Source of the DNA: an uncultured bacterium | Lineage (GTDB): Bacteria; Verrucomicrobiota; Verrucomicrobiia; Limisphaerales; UBA8199 | Length of the DNA: 64,000 nucleotides | Reading direction: 5' to 3' | Assembly (NCBI GenBank): GCA_963749495.1 | Contig: CAVVMW010000022.1 | Span: 192,001-256,000 of the forward strand | In this document: in pieces, positions 33,942-43,390 of the stretch | Numbering within the stretch: position 1 is the stretch's first letter | Layout: each line of letters starts with the position of its first letter | The notes under the pieces: generated by a model | Told to the model about the DNA's origin: nothing | What the model saw: only the letters and a program-made list of their open reading frames with translations | The model's database searches: none | Made by a program: the position numbers and the translations under genes

Positions 33942-34232
33942 TTGCCAACGAGGGAAAGATCTAGTAGGTCTGTACTGCTGAAAGCGAAGCTCGTCACGAT
34001 TGATCCAGAAATCATGAGCGGTGAGCCCGTCTTCACAGGCACGCGCGTCCCGGTTCGGAACCTGATCGACTACCTGAGCGCCGGCCACACGCTCGACGAT
34101 TTCCTGGAGGGTTTTCCAGGTGTCAAGCGCAGCCAGGCGATTGCCTTCCTCGAAGAATCCAGCAGCGCGCTGCTCGAACGAGCCGGCGCGCGCCGCGTAG
34201 CGGCCCTTTGGGCCGCGCCGCCCTGCGGTTGA
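33942..34232 (+). CDS. DUF433 antitoxin-like protein, no partner toxin; true start probably ~33975
   Basis: IDPEIMSGEPVFTGTRVPV..LIDYL..G.TLDDFLEGFP. Confidence 0.85.
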   Translation: MPTRERSSRSVLLKAKLVTIDPEIMSGEPVFTGTRVPVRNLIDYLSAGHTLDDFLEGFPGVKRSQAIAFLEESSSALLERAGARRVAALWAAPPCG

Positions 34233-34283
34233 CGCCGGAGCTCCTCGGGAACTCGCACGCCTCGAAAAGGGCACGATGCAATC

Positions 34284-34328
34284 CTTAAGAATTCTTAAGT
34301 AACACCCGCTCCGCTTCGCCGTTAAGAT
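34284..34328 (+). promoter_or_regulatory. Operator CTTAAG-AATT-CTTAAG plus promoter TAACAC-N17-TAAGAT
   Basis: Perfect 16-bp palindrome; same architecture at 37236. Confidence 0.6.
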
Positions 34329-34387
34329 GCGTCAGTTGGGCCGGCGTTCGCGCAAATCAACGAGTGGTTCTCAGGCCGAAATCGTTT

Positions 34388-35728
34388 ATGTACTGGATCA
34401 GCAAGAGCATTCACCAGCTCCGCCGATTCAATCGGCGCACAGTGCTGTTCCTGGCGGCATTGGGGCCGGGGATCATCACGATGATCGCCGATAACGACGC
34501 CGGCGGCATTTCCACCTACGCCCAGACCGGCGCCAAGACCGGCTTCAAGCTGCTCTGGGTTTTGATCATCCTTTTGCCGATGGCGTATTACGTCCAGGAA
34601 ATGACCGTGCGGCTTGGCGCGGTCACCAAACGCGGTCACGCGGAGGCGATCTTCGACGGCTTCGGGAAGTTTTGGGGCTGCTTCTCCATTTTCGATTTGG
34701 CGGTCATCAATTGGCTCACGCTGGTCACCGAATACATCGGGATGACACAGGCGATGAACCTCTTCAACATCCCCTCATGGATCACGTTCTTCGGGGTGAC
34801 CTTCCTGATGCTGGGGATTGTCATCAGCGGCCGGTATTGGACGTTCGAGAAGATCACGCTCTTCTTCTGCCTCTTTAACCTGGTCTATATCCCCGCCGCG
34901 ATCTGGGCCATGCACACCGGCAACGTCCGGGAAGGCTGGAGCGCGGTCGGGCGCGGTTTTTACCACCCGGACTTCAACTTCGGCATGTCGGGCGTGGCCC
35001 TGTTGACGCTCATCATGGCCAACATCGGCACAACCATCACCCCGTGGCAGATCTTCTTTCAGCAGTCGGCCGTCGTGGACAAGGGGATGGACATCAAGGA
35101 CATCCGCTATGGGAAATTCGACACGTTCTTTGGCTCATTCATGACCTGTGCGGTCGCGGCCTTCATCATCATTGCCACGGCCGGGGTGTTCCATTTCAAC
35201 CCGGACCAGAGCCAGGGCTACCGGGAAATCGATTCGGCCGCCAAGACGGCGGCACTCATGCCGCAGGTGCTGCACGGCCAATGGGGGCAGTGGGCCAAGG
35301 TGCTCTTTGCCATCGGCCTCTTCGACGCCGGGCTGCTGGGCTCGCTCTGCATTTCGCTGGCCACGAGCTGGGCGCTGGGCGAGGTCTTTGGCTGGGCCCA
35401 CTCCCTCAACAAGACGGTGCGCGAGGCGCCCTGGTTTTATGTCGCCTACGTGCTCATGCTGATGTCCGCGGGCGTGGTGTCGCTGGTCGCCTCCGTGGAG
35501 GCGCAGAATATCATCACCATTTTCGTCCAGGTGGTGGCCGTGACGCTGCTGCCGGCGGCTTTGATGTTCCTCATCCTGTTGCTCAACGACAAGCCGCTGA
35601 TGGGCAACCACGTCAACACACGCTCGCAGAACATCGCCAACTGGAGCATCACCGTGTTTGTCATTCTCATCTCGACGGCCTACGGTGTTTCGGTGTTGTT
35701 TCCAGAATGGTTCGGTTCGGGTAAATAG
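34388..35728 (+). CDS. Nramp-family transporter, NRMT (Mg2+-type) lineage
   Basis: GPGIITMIADNDAGGISTY and NIGTTITPWQIFFQQS in place of the DPGN/MPH motifs; paired with a CBS protein. Confidence 0.88.
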   Translation: MYWISKSIHQLRRFNRRTVLFLAALGPGIITMIADNDAGGISTYAQTGAKTGFKLLWVLIILLPMAYYVQEMTVRLGAVTKRGHAEAIFDGFGKFWGCFSIFDLAVINWLTLVTEYIGMTQAMNLFNIPSWITFFGVTFLMLGIVISGRYWTFEKITLFFCLFNLVYIPAAIWAMHTGNVREGWSAVGRGFYHPDFNFGMSGVALLTLIMANIGTTITPWQIFFQQSAVVDKGMDIKDIRYGKFDTFFGSFMTCAVAAFIIIATAGVFHFNPDQSQGYREIDSAAKTAALMPQVLHGQWGQWAKVLFAIGLFDAGLLGSLCISLATSWALGEVFGWAHSLNKTVREAPWFYVAYVLMLMSAGVVSLVASVEAQNIITIFVQVVAVTLLPAALMFLILLLNDKPLMGNHVNTRSQNIANWSITVFVILISTAYGVSVLFPEWFGSGK

Positions 35729-35740
35729 GAGCAGGCCCCC

Positions 35741-37045
35741 ATGAATAATAACGGCAATAACAACCATCGCGCCGCAATGCCTGGCATTTCGCCCGCAGCC
35801 TTCGAAGACTACCAACTCCTGTATTTCTCCAAGCTGCTGGGGCGGCGCATCCGCCTGGATAAAACCAACAAGAAAAACGGCCGCCTGACCGACCTGGTTT
35901 TTCGCCTTTCCGAGCCGTATCCCGAGGCGGTCGGGATTTACATCGAGCATGGCCGGGGCTATCCCTCGGAACTCATCCCCTGGGAAAAGGCGGCGCGCAT
36001 CGAGGAGGAGGCCATCTTTGTCACGCCCAAGGAGGGTGGCGGCCCCTATCCTCCGTTTGTTGACCAGAAGGGCTGGATTTTGCTCAACGAGCACCTGATG
36101 GGCCAGACGATTCTCGACACCGACGGGCGGCGCACCGAAGTGGTCAACGATGTCCACCTGCTTTACTCCAAGGGACGCATGATTCTTGTCCACGTGGATA
36201 TTTCCTTTAACGGCTTTCTCCGCAAGTGGGGCCTGGAACGATTCATCTCCGGCAAAGACCAACTGATTTCCTGGCGCTACGTCCAGCCGCTTTCGGTGGA
36301 AGACCATACCAAGGACATTGTCACGCTCTCGGTCGCTCGCGAGCGGGCGCTGGAACTGCCCGGCGAAGATTTGGCCGACGCGCTGGAAGTTCTGTCCGGC
36401 GATGAACAACAAGCGATGTTCGCGGCGCTGGACCCGGACAAGGCCGCCGAGGTGCTGGTCGAGGCGGAGCCGCGCGCCAAGCGCCAGCTCGTGGCGTTTC
36501 TGCGCGAAGAAAAGGCCCGCCTGGTCCTCGCCCGATTGTCCGTGCCCCAAGTGGCCGACCTCTTTTCCGAGCTCCCCCACGAAAAGGTCACCGAGCTGAT
36601 GAAATGCCTGCCCCCCCCGCGCGCCGCCCGCGTGCAGGCCGTCCTGTCCAATGCCGACGTGCTCGCCTCCAACTTGATGAGCGACCGGTTCCTGGCCTTT
36701 TCCAAAGAGACCAAGGCCGGCGAGGTCTTGGGCGCCCTTCGGTCCACCCCGTGCGACCGGAGAAACCTCTCCTATCTCTACATCGTCGTTGGTGAAGAGA
36801 AGACGCTCCTGGGCCTGGTGGACCTGCGCGACCTGGTTATGGCCCGCGAGGACGCCAGCCTGGGCGACTTGATGGTTTCACCCGTGGTCACCGCGGAGCG
36901 GGACGCCTTGCGGGAGGATTTGGCCGAGATGTTTGCCAAATACCGGTTCCGCATGCTGCCGGTGGTCAACGCGCACGATCACCTCCTGGGCGTCGTGCGC
37001 TATAAGGACCTGATGAAAGACGCCAGGATCGAACTCCCCACCTAG
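35741..37045 (+). CDS. MgtE intracellular N-domain / CBS-pair protein with N-terminal PRC-like barrels
   Basis: DLADALE..AAEVLVE repeats; YLYIV..LLGLVDLRDL; LPVVNAHDHLLGVV; no TM domain. Confidence 0.85.
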   Translation: MNNNGNNNHRAAMPGISPAAFEDYQLLYFSKLLGRRIRLDKTNKKNGRLTDLVFRLSEPYPEAVGIYIEHGRGYPSELIPWEKAARIEEEAIFVTPKEGGGPYPPFVDQKGWILLNEHLMGQTILDTDGRRTEVVNDVHLLYSKGRMILVHVDISFNGFLRKWGLERFISGKDQLISWRYVQPLSVEDHTKDIVTLSVARERALELPGEDLADALEVLSGDEQQAMFAALDPDKAAEVLVEAEPRAKRQLVAFLREEKARLVLARLSVPQVADLFSELPHEKVTELMKCLPPPRAARVQAVLSNADVLASNLMSDRFLAFSKETKAGEVLGALRSTPCDRRNLSYLYIVVGEEKTLLGLVDLRDLVMAREDASLGDLMVSPVVTAERDALREDLAEMFAKYRFRMLPVVNAHDHLLGVVRYKDLMKDARIELPT

Positions 37046-37053
37046 CTTGAGGC

Positions 37054-37227
37054 ATGCCGCGCATCAAAACCACACCCACGGTCCGGGTCGCCCTCTGGGC
37101 ATTGAGAATCTACCTGTTGATCCTCCTGGCACTCATCGGCTTGAAGTTCGCCCGCGTCTTCTCCCGTTCGGGAAGCCAGGAGAAACCCCCGGCCGCAACG
37201 TCCACTGAGCCCGGAGGAAGCCCCTGA
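37054..37227 (+). CDS. 57-aa single-TM protein closing the Nramp/CBS operon
   Basis: Hand translation MPRIKTTPTVRVALWALRIYLLILLALIGLKFARVF...; GAGG 2 nt before ATG. Confidence 0.65.
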   Translation: MPRIKTTPTVRVALWALRIYLLILLALIGLKFARVFSRSGSQEKPPAATSTEPGGSP

Positions 37228-37235
37228 ACCGGAGT

Positions 37236-37292
37236 CTTAAGAATTCTTCACGTGATCTTCAGTAACACTGCCTTCGGCGCCCGCATTAGAAT
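37236..37292 (+). promoter_or_regulatory. Operator CTTAAG-AATT-CTTCAC..CTTCAG plus promoter TAACAC-N18-TAGAAT
   Basis: Matches the 34284 motif. Confidence 0.6.
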
Positions 37293-37361
37293 GTCGGTGC
37301 AGCCTGAACTGCAAGCCGGCGTGCAAACGCACTCCGGTGGAGTCAAGACGGACCCAAAGAC

Positions 37362-37613
37362 ATGAAAGTGGCAATGATGAGCGGCGAAGAGCAACGGGCG
37401 TCAGCCTCTGAAGCGCGGCCACGGGCCCTTTGGGGACAACGGGTGACACACAAAGCGGGGATCGCCCTCCTGCAATCGGAGGCACGGCGACCGTTCGGGC
37501 ATTGGTTGGAACGCGTCTGCGGCGAACTTGGTGATTTGAGGCGGCAACAGCGCCAGCGGGAACTGGCGCGCGGTTGGGGCCTTGACGCAACTCTCGGGGA
37601 ACCCTCGAGCTGA
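37362..37613 (+). CDS. Hypothetical 83-aa protein upstream of the porin
   Basis: ORF fills the gap between the promoter and the porin; no recognisable motif. Confidence 0.35.
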   Translation: MKVAMMSGEEQRASASEARPRALWGQRVTHKAGIALLQSEARRPFGHWLERVCGELGDLRRQQRQRELARGWGLDATLGEPSS

Positions 37614-37653
37614 ACGGTCAGGCTCACCCGGCTCGATCACGACGCGACTTTGC

Positions 37654-39054
37654 ATGAAGCAGCACATCCACATTGCGGCCGTTGGCACGATTGCGGCACT
37701 GGCCTGCGGGACCGCGACAATCCTCGCAGCGACCAACTCGACTGAACCTGCCTTGGGCGATCCGAGTTCGCCCCCCGGCAAGCCCCTTCCCGGGACTGCG
37801 GCCAACGCCGCCGAAGCGGCCCCGGAGCGCGCCTGGAATTGGCACGTCCAGAACACCGATATCCTCCAGGCCGACCCCGGCTTTCCGGCCAAGTACTCCG
37901 GGCCGAACAGCCTGGAGAGTGATGGCGAAGTGCGGGAAACGGTGTCGCTGGATTTGATGTTCGGCGCGCGGCTTTGGCGCGGGGCGGAGGCTCATGTCGA
38001 TGGCATGATGTGGCAGGGCTTCGGTCTAAGCAAGACGCTGGGCATCGAGGGCTTTCCCAACGGCGAGGCCTTCCGCCTCGGCACCAAGGTCCCCAATGTA
38101 ACCGTCGCGCGGTTGTTCCTCCGTCAAACCATCGGACTGGGCGGAGAGCAGGAGGCGGTTGAAGACGACGCGCTCCATTTGGCCGGCAAGCAGGATGTGT
38201 CACGGATTACGCTCACCCTGGGGAAGATGAACGCCAAGGATATTTTCGACAATAACGCCTACGCCAACGACTCCCGCACGCAGTTTATGAACTGGGCCTT
38301 GATGGCTAATGAAGCCTGGGACTTCCCCGCCGACAGCCTTGGCTATGAGACCGGGTTCGCCGCCGAGCTGAATCGGCCCCAATGGGCCGTCCGTTATGGC
38401 CTCTTCCAGGTGCCGCGCACTTCCAATGGCATGGCGCAGGACCAGCACTATTTGGACGCCTGGTCCATGGTGAGCGAATTTGAGCGCCGCTACACCCTCA
38501 ACGGCCACCCCGGCGCCGTTCGTTTCCTGGCCTCTCTCACCCGGGCCAACATGGGCAGTTACCAGGAGGCCTTGGACAACCCCGTCCGGCCGGCCGACAT
38601 CGTGGCCACGCGCCAATACCGCTACAAGTACGGTTTCGGGTTGAACGTAGAACAGGAGGTCGTGAAGAATGTGGGCGTTTTCACGCGCCTGGGCTGGAGC
38701 GACGGCCACACCGAAAGTTGGTTCTTTAGCGACGTGGATCGCACCGCCACGCTGGGCCTGAGCATCAAAGGCCAGTTTTGGGGACGCCCAAACGATGTCT
38801 TTGGCCTGGCCGGGGCGATCAATGGCGCCTCACGCGTTCACCAGGAATTCTTTGCCGCCGGCGGCACCGGCATTCTCGGCGGCGATGGAGCGCTCAATTA
38901 CGGGTGGGAGAAGGTCTTGGAAACCTATTATGATGTTCAAATCTGGAAAACCATCCGCTTTGCCCTGGATTACCAATTCGTCAGCAACCCGGCTTACAAC
39001 CGCGACCGCGGCCCGGTATCGGTCTTCGGCGCAAGGCTGCATTGGGAGTTCTAG
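37654..39054 (+). CDS. OprB-family porin (MnoP-like high-affinity metal porin), copy 1
   Basis: Signal peptide, YSGPNSL, DIFDNNAYAND, ends NPAYNRDRGPVSVFGARLHWEF. Confidence 0.88.
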   Translation: MKQHIHIAAVGTIAALACGTATILAATNSTEPALGDPSSPPGKPLPGTAANAAEAAPERAWNWHVQNTDILQADPGFPAKYSGPNSLESDGEVRETVSLDLMFGARLWRGAEAHVDGMMWQGFGLSKTLGIEGFPNGEAFRLGTKVPNVTVARLFLRQTIGLGGEQEAVEDDALHLAGKQDVSRITLTLGKMNAKDIFDNNAYANDSRTQFMNWALMANEAWDFPADSLGYETGFAAELNRPQWAVRYGLFQVPRTSNGMAQDQHYLDAWSMVSEFERRYTLNGHPGAVRFLASLTRANMGSYQEALDNPVRPADIVATRQYRYKYGFGLNVEQEVVKNVGVFTRLGWSDGHTESWFFSDVDRTATLGLSIKGQFWGRPNDVFGLAGAINGASRVHQEFFAAGGTGILGGDGALNYGWEKVLETYYDVQIWKTIRFALDYQFVSNPAYNRDRGPVSVFGARLHWEF

Positions 39055-40526
39055 AATTCCCAGTGCAGCCTCGCGCCGAACACCGAAACCGGACCCCGAT
39101 CGCGATTGAACGCCGGATTGGCGATGAACTGGTAATCCACAGCGGCATGGAGGGATTTCCAGATCTTGAAATCGTAGTAGGTTTCCAACACTTTCTCCCA
39201 GCCGTAATTCAACCCGCCATCGCCAGAGAGCATGTCTGTGCCGCCTGCCTCGAGGAATCTCCGGTTGGCGCGCGAAGCGCCGCCCAGGATGCCGGCCAGG
39301 CCAAAGGTGTCGCCGGGCCGGCGCCACGCTCCACCTTTGACGCTCACGCCCAGCGACGCCGAATAATTCACGTCCGTGAACGTCCACGTCTCGTTGTGGC
39401 CGTCATTCCAACCCAGGCGCGAAAAGACCCCTACGTTCCCGGCCACTTCCTGGTCCCAGCTTAGCCCAAAGCCGTACTTGTAGCGGTCGGCGCGCGCCGG
39501 CGAGAGGTCCGCACCCGGGCCCTCCCGCAGCAGGATGGCGCGCGCCGCCTCGTAGCTGGCCATGTGGGCCTCGTCCAGCCAGGCCAGAAACCGAATCGCC
39601 CCGGGATGAGTGTGAAGGCTGTAACGGCGCTCAAATTCCGCGGCCATGGCCCAGGACCGCAAGAACGGGCCATTCGCCCCGCGGTGGGGCCACATAAGGA
39701 CCTGGTCATCCGCCGTGAATCCATTCTTCTCGCTCGGCATTTGGGAAAAGCCCCACCTTAAGGCCCAGTTCGGCTGATTCAATTCCACGGCCACTCCGGT
39801 GGTGTAGCCAACCGTGTCCTGTCCGTAATCCCACGTGGCGTTGGCCATTAGCGCCCAATTCATAAATTGTTTGTGCGGGTCGTTGGCGTACGCGTTGTTG
39901 TCGAAAATGTCCTTGGGAGTGAACCGGCCGACGGTAAAGGTAAGCCGGGAGACATCCTGTCTTTCGGCAAGCGTGAGCTGGTCGTCGGGCACGTCCTCCT
40001 GCTCGCCACCAAAGCCGAGCGTCTGGCGAACGAACAAATGCGCAAACGTAAAGTTGGGAACTTCTGTGCCCGCTTTGTAGGCGTCGCCGTTGGGGTAATC
40101 TTCGATGCCGAACGTCTTGCTCAGTCCGAAGCCCTGCCACATCAAGCCGTCCGCGTGCGCCTCGGCGCCCCGCCAGAGCCGGACGCCGCCATAAAGGTCC
40201 AGCGTCACGGTCTCCTGGACCTCGCCCCGGGAGTTCAAGCTGTTGGGGCCGGAATACCTGGCGTGGAAACCGGGATCGCCCTGCACCACCGCCGTGTTCT
40301 GAACGTGCCAATTCCATCGCTGTTCATCGAGGTTCGTCACGGCGGCCCCGGGCGCGCCCTGCGCTCTGCCCGTGACCCCGCCGGCGCTGAGCGGCACGGG
40401 CGTGCCCACGGAGGCCGCGCCGGCCAGGTCTTGGGCCGCAGCCGGGAGGCTGCCCGCGGCGAAGAGCGCCAGGATCCAGGAGGAGCGGAAGGCGCGCGCA
40501 AAAACCGGATTGAACAAGCGTGTCAT
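39051..40526 (-). CDS. OprB-family porin (MnoP-like), copy 2, divergent from mntR
   Basis: Same motifs and identical C-terminus. Confidence 0.88.
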   Translation of the reverse strand: MTRLFNPVFARAFRSSWILALFAAGSLPAAAQDLAGAASVGTPVPLSAGGVTGRAQGAPGAAVTNLDEQRWNWHVQNTAVVQGDPGFHARYSGPNSLNSRGEVQETVTLDLYGGVRLWRGAEAHADGLMWQGFGLSKTFGIEDYPNGDAYKAGTEVPNFTFAHLFVRQTLGFGGEQEDVPDDQLTLAERQDVSRLTFTVGRFTPKDIFDNNAYANDPHKQFMNWALMANATWDYGQDTVGYTTGVAVELNQPNWALRWGFSQMPSEKNGFTADDQVLMWPHRGANGPFLRSWAMAAEFERRYSLHTHPGAIRFLAWLDEAHMASYEAARAILLREGPGADLSPARADRYKYGFGLSWDQEVAGNVGVFSRLGWNDGHNETWTFTDVNYSASLGVSVKGGAWRRPGDTFGLAGILGGASRANRRFLEAGGTDMLSGDGGLNYGWEKVLETYYDFKIWKSLHAAVDYQFIANPAFNRDRGPVSVFGARLHWEF

Positions 40527-40546
40527 GGTGTGCTATAGACCAACTA

Positions 40547-40564
40547 GTGTAGCACATACTACAT
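40547..40564. promoter_or_regulatory. Putative MntR operator TGTAGC-ACAT-ACTACA
   Basis: Palindrome with 4-nt centre between the divergent porin and mntR; resembles the TAGC-N4-GCTA MntR box. Confidence 0.6.
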
Positions 40565-40615
40565 CATTGTGCTCGACTGTCAAACCGGTGTCTGCTGGAA
40601 TAGTCGCCAAAGCAA

Positions 40616-41077
40616 ATGGCCTCGACAAAAAGACATTCGTCCGGGACGGCACGGGGTCGTGCCCAGCCAAACCGCCAGGCGGAAGACCTCTCCCGAACCC
40701 GCCAGGCGCACGCGCACGAGATCGGCGAGGATTACGTGGAAGCCATCGCCGATTTGATTGCGGAAACGGGCGAAGCGCGGGTAGTGGACCTCGCCAAGCG
40801 CCTGGGTGTAACTCATGTGACCGTGAACCGGACCATCGCCCGGCTGCAAAAGGCGGGGCTGGTCACCTCGCAGCCGTATCGCGCTATTTTTCTGACCGAG
40901 GCAGGGCGCAACCTGGCGGCAGCGTGCAAGAGCCGGCATGAGACGGTGGTGGCCTTTCTCCGCTCACTGGGGATTCCCGAACGCGTTGCGGAAACGGATG
41001 CCGAGGGCATCGAGCACCATGTCAGCCCCGAAACGCTGGCAGCCTTCAAGGCCGCTTTGCGAAACAGCGGCCGCTGA
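40616..41077 (+). CDS. mntR: Mn2+-dependent transcriptional regulator (DtxR/MntR)
   Basis: EDYVEAIADL, ARVVDLAKRLGV, RHE, DAEGIEHHVS. Confidence 0.93.
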   Translation: MASTKRHSSGTARGRAQPNRQAEDLSRTRQAHAHEIGEDYVEAIADLIAETGEARVVDLAKRLGVTHVTVNRTIARLQKAGLVTSQPYRAIFLTEAGRNLAAACKSRHETVVAFLRSLGIPERVAETDAEGIEHHVSPETLAAFKAALRNSGR

Positions 41078-41280
41078 AACCCCGAGCAGCGCTGCGGGCA
41101 GGCCCCCATAAGTGGGAGACAGAGTTCTTCTGGGACCTGCAGATCGCAGCCCTCAGAGCTGATCCGGGTGTCGGATCCTTCGTTCCCTTCGTTCCCTTCT
41201 GTTGAAATAGCCGGGTTAGGAGTTTCCGGCCCAAAACAGTGTATTTGACACAATGCACGCCTGGGTGTAGGGAGAATAGT

Positions 41281-41412
41281 ATGAGCAGCCGCGCCGAGGT
41301 GGCGACCCCACCGGAAATCGAGAGCCGACACTATCTGAGGCGGTCGGTCGTGAAGGCGCTGGCCGAGGGCCCGGCCCTGGAGCCGCGCGCCCGTGGGCGA
41401 GCGATGCCCTGA
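41281..41412 (+). CDS. Possible 43-aa leader ORF coupled to mntH
   Basis: AGGGAG RBS; MSSRAEVATPPEIESRHYLRRSVVKALAEGPALEPRARGRAMP; TGATG overlap with mntH. Confidence 0.35.
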   Translation: MSSRAEVATPPEIESRHYLRRSVVKALAEGPALEPRARGRAMP

Positions 41413-42857
41413 TGAGCAGTTCGATCCAACAGGCAAGAGTGCAAGCGGCCGGGGCCGGGTGCGTGCTGGGCGGGACCTCCATGACGGGTTCGGCTGCCGG
41501 CCATGTGTCGCTCGAGGGGGTTCATGGCAGCGTGGAGGTGCCGCAGCCTCAAGCCGGCTTTTGGCAACAATGGCGGGCGTTCGTCGGGCCGGCGATTCTC
41601 ATCAGCGTCGGCTACATGGACCCGGGCAACTGGGGCACCGACCTGGCGGGAGGCGCACAATTCAAATACGGACTGTTGTGGGTGGTTGGGCTGGCCAGTT
41701 TGATGGCGATCTTCATGCAGGTCATCGCCTCCCGCCTGGGCGTGGTCACCGGAAAGGACCTCGCCCAGTGCTGCCGGGATTGGTATCCGCGCTGGACGCG
41801 CTGGCCCAACTGGTTGTTCTGCGAAGTGGCCATCGGGGCGTGTGACCTGGCCGAGGTGCTCGGCAGTGCCGTCGCGCTCAACCTCATGTTCCATATTCCG
41901 CTGCTCTGGGCGGTCATTATCACGGGGCTGGATGTCCTGCTGCTCCTGGCCCTCCAACGGTTTGGGATGCGGACTATCGAGGCCATTGTCCTGCTGCTCG
42001 TCGCCACCATCGGCGTGTGCTACTTCATCGAGATTTTTGTCCTGCCGCAGACCCAGCCCCATTTCCTGGAGATGGGACGGGCCCTGGCCGTGCCGAGCCT
42101 TCATCAGCCCGGCATGCTTTACATCGCCATCGGCATGATCGGCGCCACCGTCATGCCCCACAACCTTTACCTGCACTCGGCCCTGGTCCAGAGCCGCAAG
42201 CTGCAACGCGACGATTCATCCATACGCAGCGCCATTCGCTTCAACGCGATTGATTCGATCACGGCCTTGACCGTCGCCTTCTTCGTCAATGCGGCCATCC
42301 TGGTTCTGGCGGCCATGGTTTTTCACGGCAAGACCAGTGTCACGGTGGCCGGCGGCGAGGTCGTCCACTTCAGCCCGGACAGCGACTGGATTCGCATCGC
42401 GTATCTCACGCTCGCGCCGTTGCTGGGAACGTCATTGGCCAGCACGCTGTTTGTCGTCGCCTTGCTCGCCAGCGGGCAAAGCAGCACGATCACCGGGACG
42501 CTGGCGGGGCAGGTGGTGATGGAAGGCTTCATGCATTGGCGGATCAAACCGTGGCTGCGGCGGCTCATCACGCGCACGCTGGCCATCATTCCAGCGGTTC
42601 TCATCATTGGCATTCGCGGGGACAGCAGCGTCAATGACCTGCTCACGCTCAGCCAGGTCGTGTTGGCCCTGCAGCTCCCGTTTGCCATGTTCCCCCTGCT
42701 GCACTTCGCCTGCTCACGCAAACGCCTGGGAAACTGGAAGCTCGGATGGTTTCTCTTGACCGCCGGTTGGGGAAGCGCTTTACTGATCACCGCGATGGAC
42801 ATCTGCGGATTGCCAGACTCGCTTAAGTCGGCCTGGCATGTCATCGTGGGCAGTTGA
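41412..42857 (+). CDS. mntH: Nramp Mn2+/H+ symporter
   Basis: VGYMDPGNW, GATVMPHNLYLHS, GQSSTITGTLAGQVVMEGF. Confidence 0.95.
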   Translation: MSSSIQQARVQAAGAGCVLGGTSMTGSAAGHVSLEGVHGSVEVPQPQAGFWQQWRAFVGPAILISVGYMDPGNWGTDLAGGAQFKYGLLWVVGLASLMAIFMQVIASRLGVVTGKDLAQCCRDWYPRWTRWPNWLFCEVAIGACDLAEVLGSAVALNLMFHIPLLWAVIITGLDVLLLLALQRFGMRTIEAIVLLLVATIGVCYFIEIFVLPQTQPHFLEMGRALAVPSLHQPGMLYIAIGMIGATVMPHNLYLHSALVQSRKLQRDDSSIRSAIRFNAIDSITALTVAFFVNAAILVLAAMVFHGKTSVTVAGGEVVHFSPDSDWIRIAYLTLAPLLGTSLASTLFVVALLASGQSSTITGTLAGQVVMEGFMHWRIKPWLRRLITRTLAIIPAVLIIGIRGDSSVNDLLTLSQVVLALQLPFAMFPLLHFACSRKRLGNWKLGWFLLTAGWGSALLITAMDICGLPDSLKSAWHVIVGS

Positions 42858-42876
42858 ACCCGTCAACGACCGGCAC

Positions 42877-43293
42877 ATGTATGAGACCATTCTCGTGACG
42901 TTGGACGGCACACCGACGGACCGGGCGATCATCCAACACGTCAAAGAACTTGCGACGCTGGCCCAAAGCCGGGTGGTGTTGCTTCACGTGGCTGACGGCT
43001 GGGCCGCCAGAACCTATGGCCCGGACGCGGTAAGCCCCGAGATCACCGAAGACACGGCCTATCTCTGGAAGGTCCGGGCCGAGTTTAAATCCGCGGGGAT
43101 TTCTGCCGAGGCCGAACTGGCCTACGGCGAGCCGGCCACAGAAATTGTCAAATGGGTGGAGCAGAAGGGCTGCGACCTGGTGGCGATGAGCACCCACGGA
43201 CACCGCTTCCTGGCCGACCTGTTTTTCGGCACCACCGCCACCCGCGTTCGGCACAGCATCAGCGTGCCGGTCCTCCTGCTCAGGGCCAAGTGA
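42877..43293 (+). CDS. Universal stress protein
   Basis: YETILVTLDG, DLVAMSTHGH..DLFFGTTA..VPVLLLR. Confidence 0.92.
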   Translation: MYETILVTLDGTPTDRAIIQHVKELATLAQSRVVLLHVADGWAARTYGPDAVSPEITEDTAYLWKVRAEFKSAGISAEAELAYGEPATEIVKWVEQKGCDLVAMSTHGHRFLADLFFGTTATRVRHSISVPVLLLRAK

Positions 43294-43390
43294 GCCAAGG
43301 CGGCGCCTGGCTGCGGGCAGGCTGTCACGGTTCGGGCTTTCAGGGGGCAGCGTCAGGATACGCCCAAAACCAAAAGCACCGTCGGGTTAA

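Noticed and set aside
37290..37650. Mg2+ (M-box) or Mn2+ (yybP-ykoY) riboswitch in the porin or mntH leaders
   Set aside because: Could not recognise the conserved cores by eye; needs an Rfam/Infernal scan.
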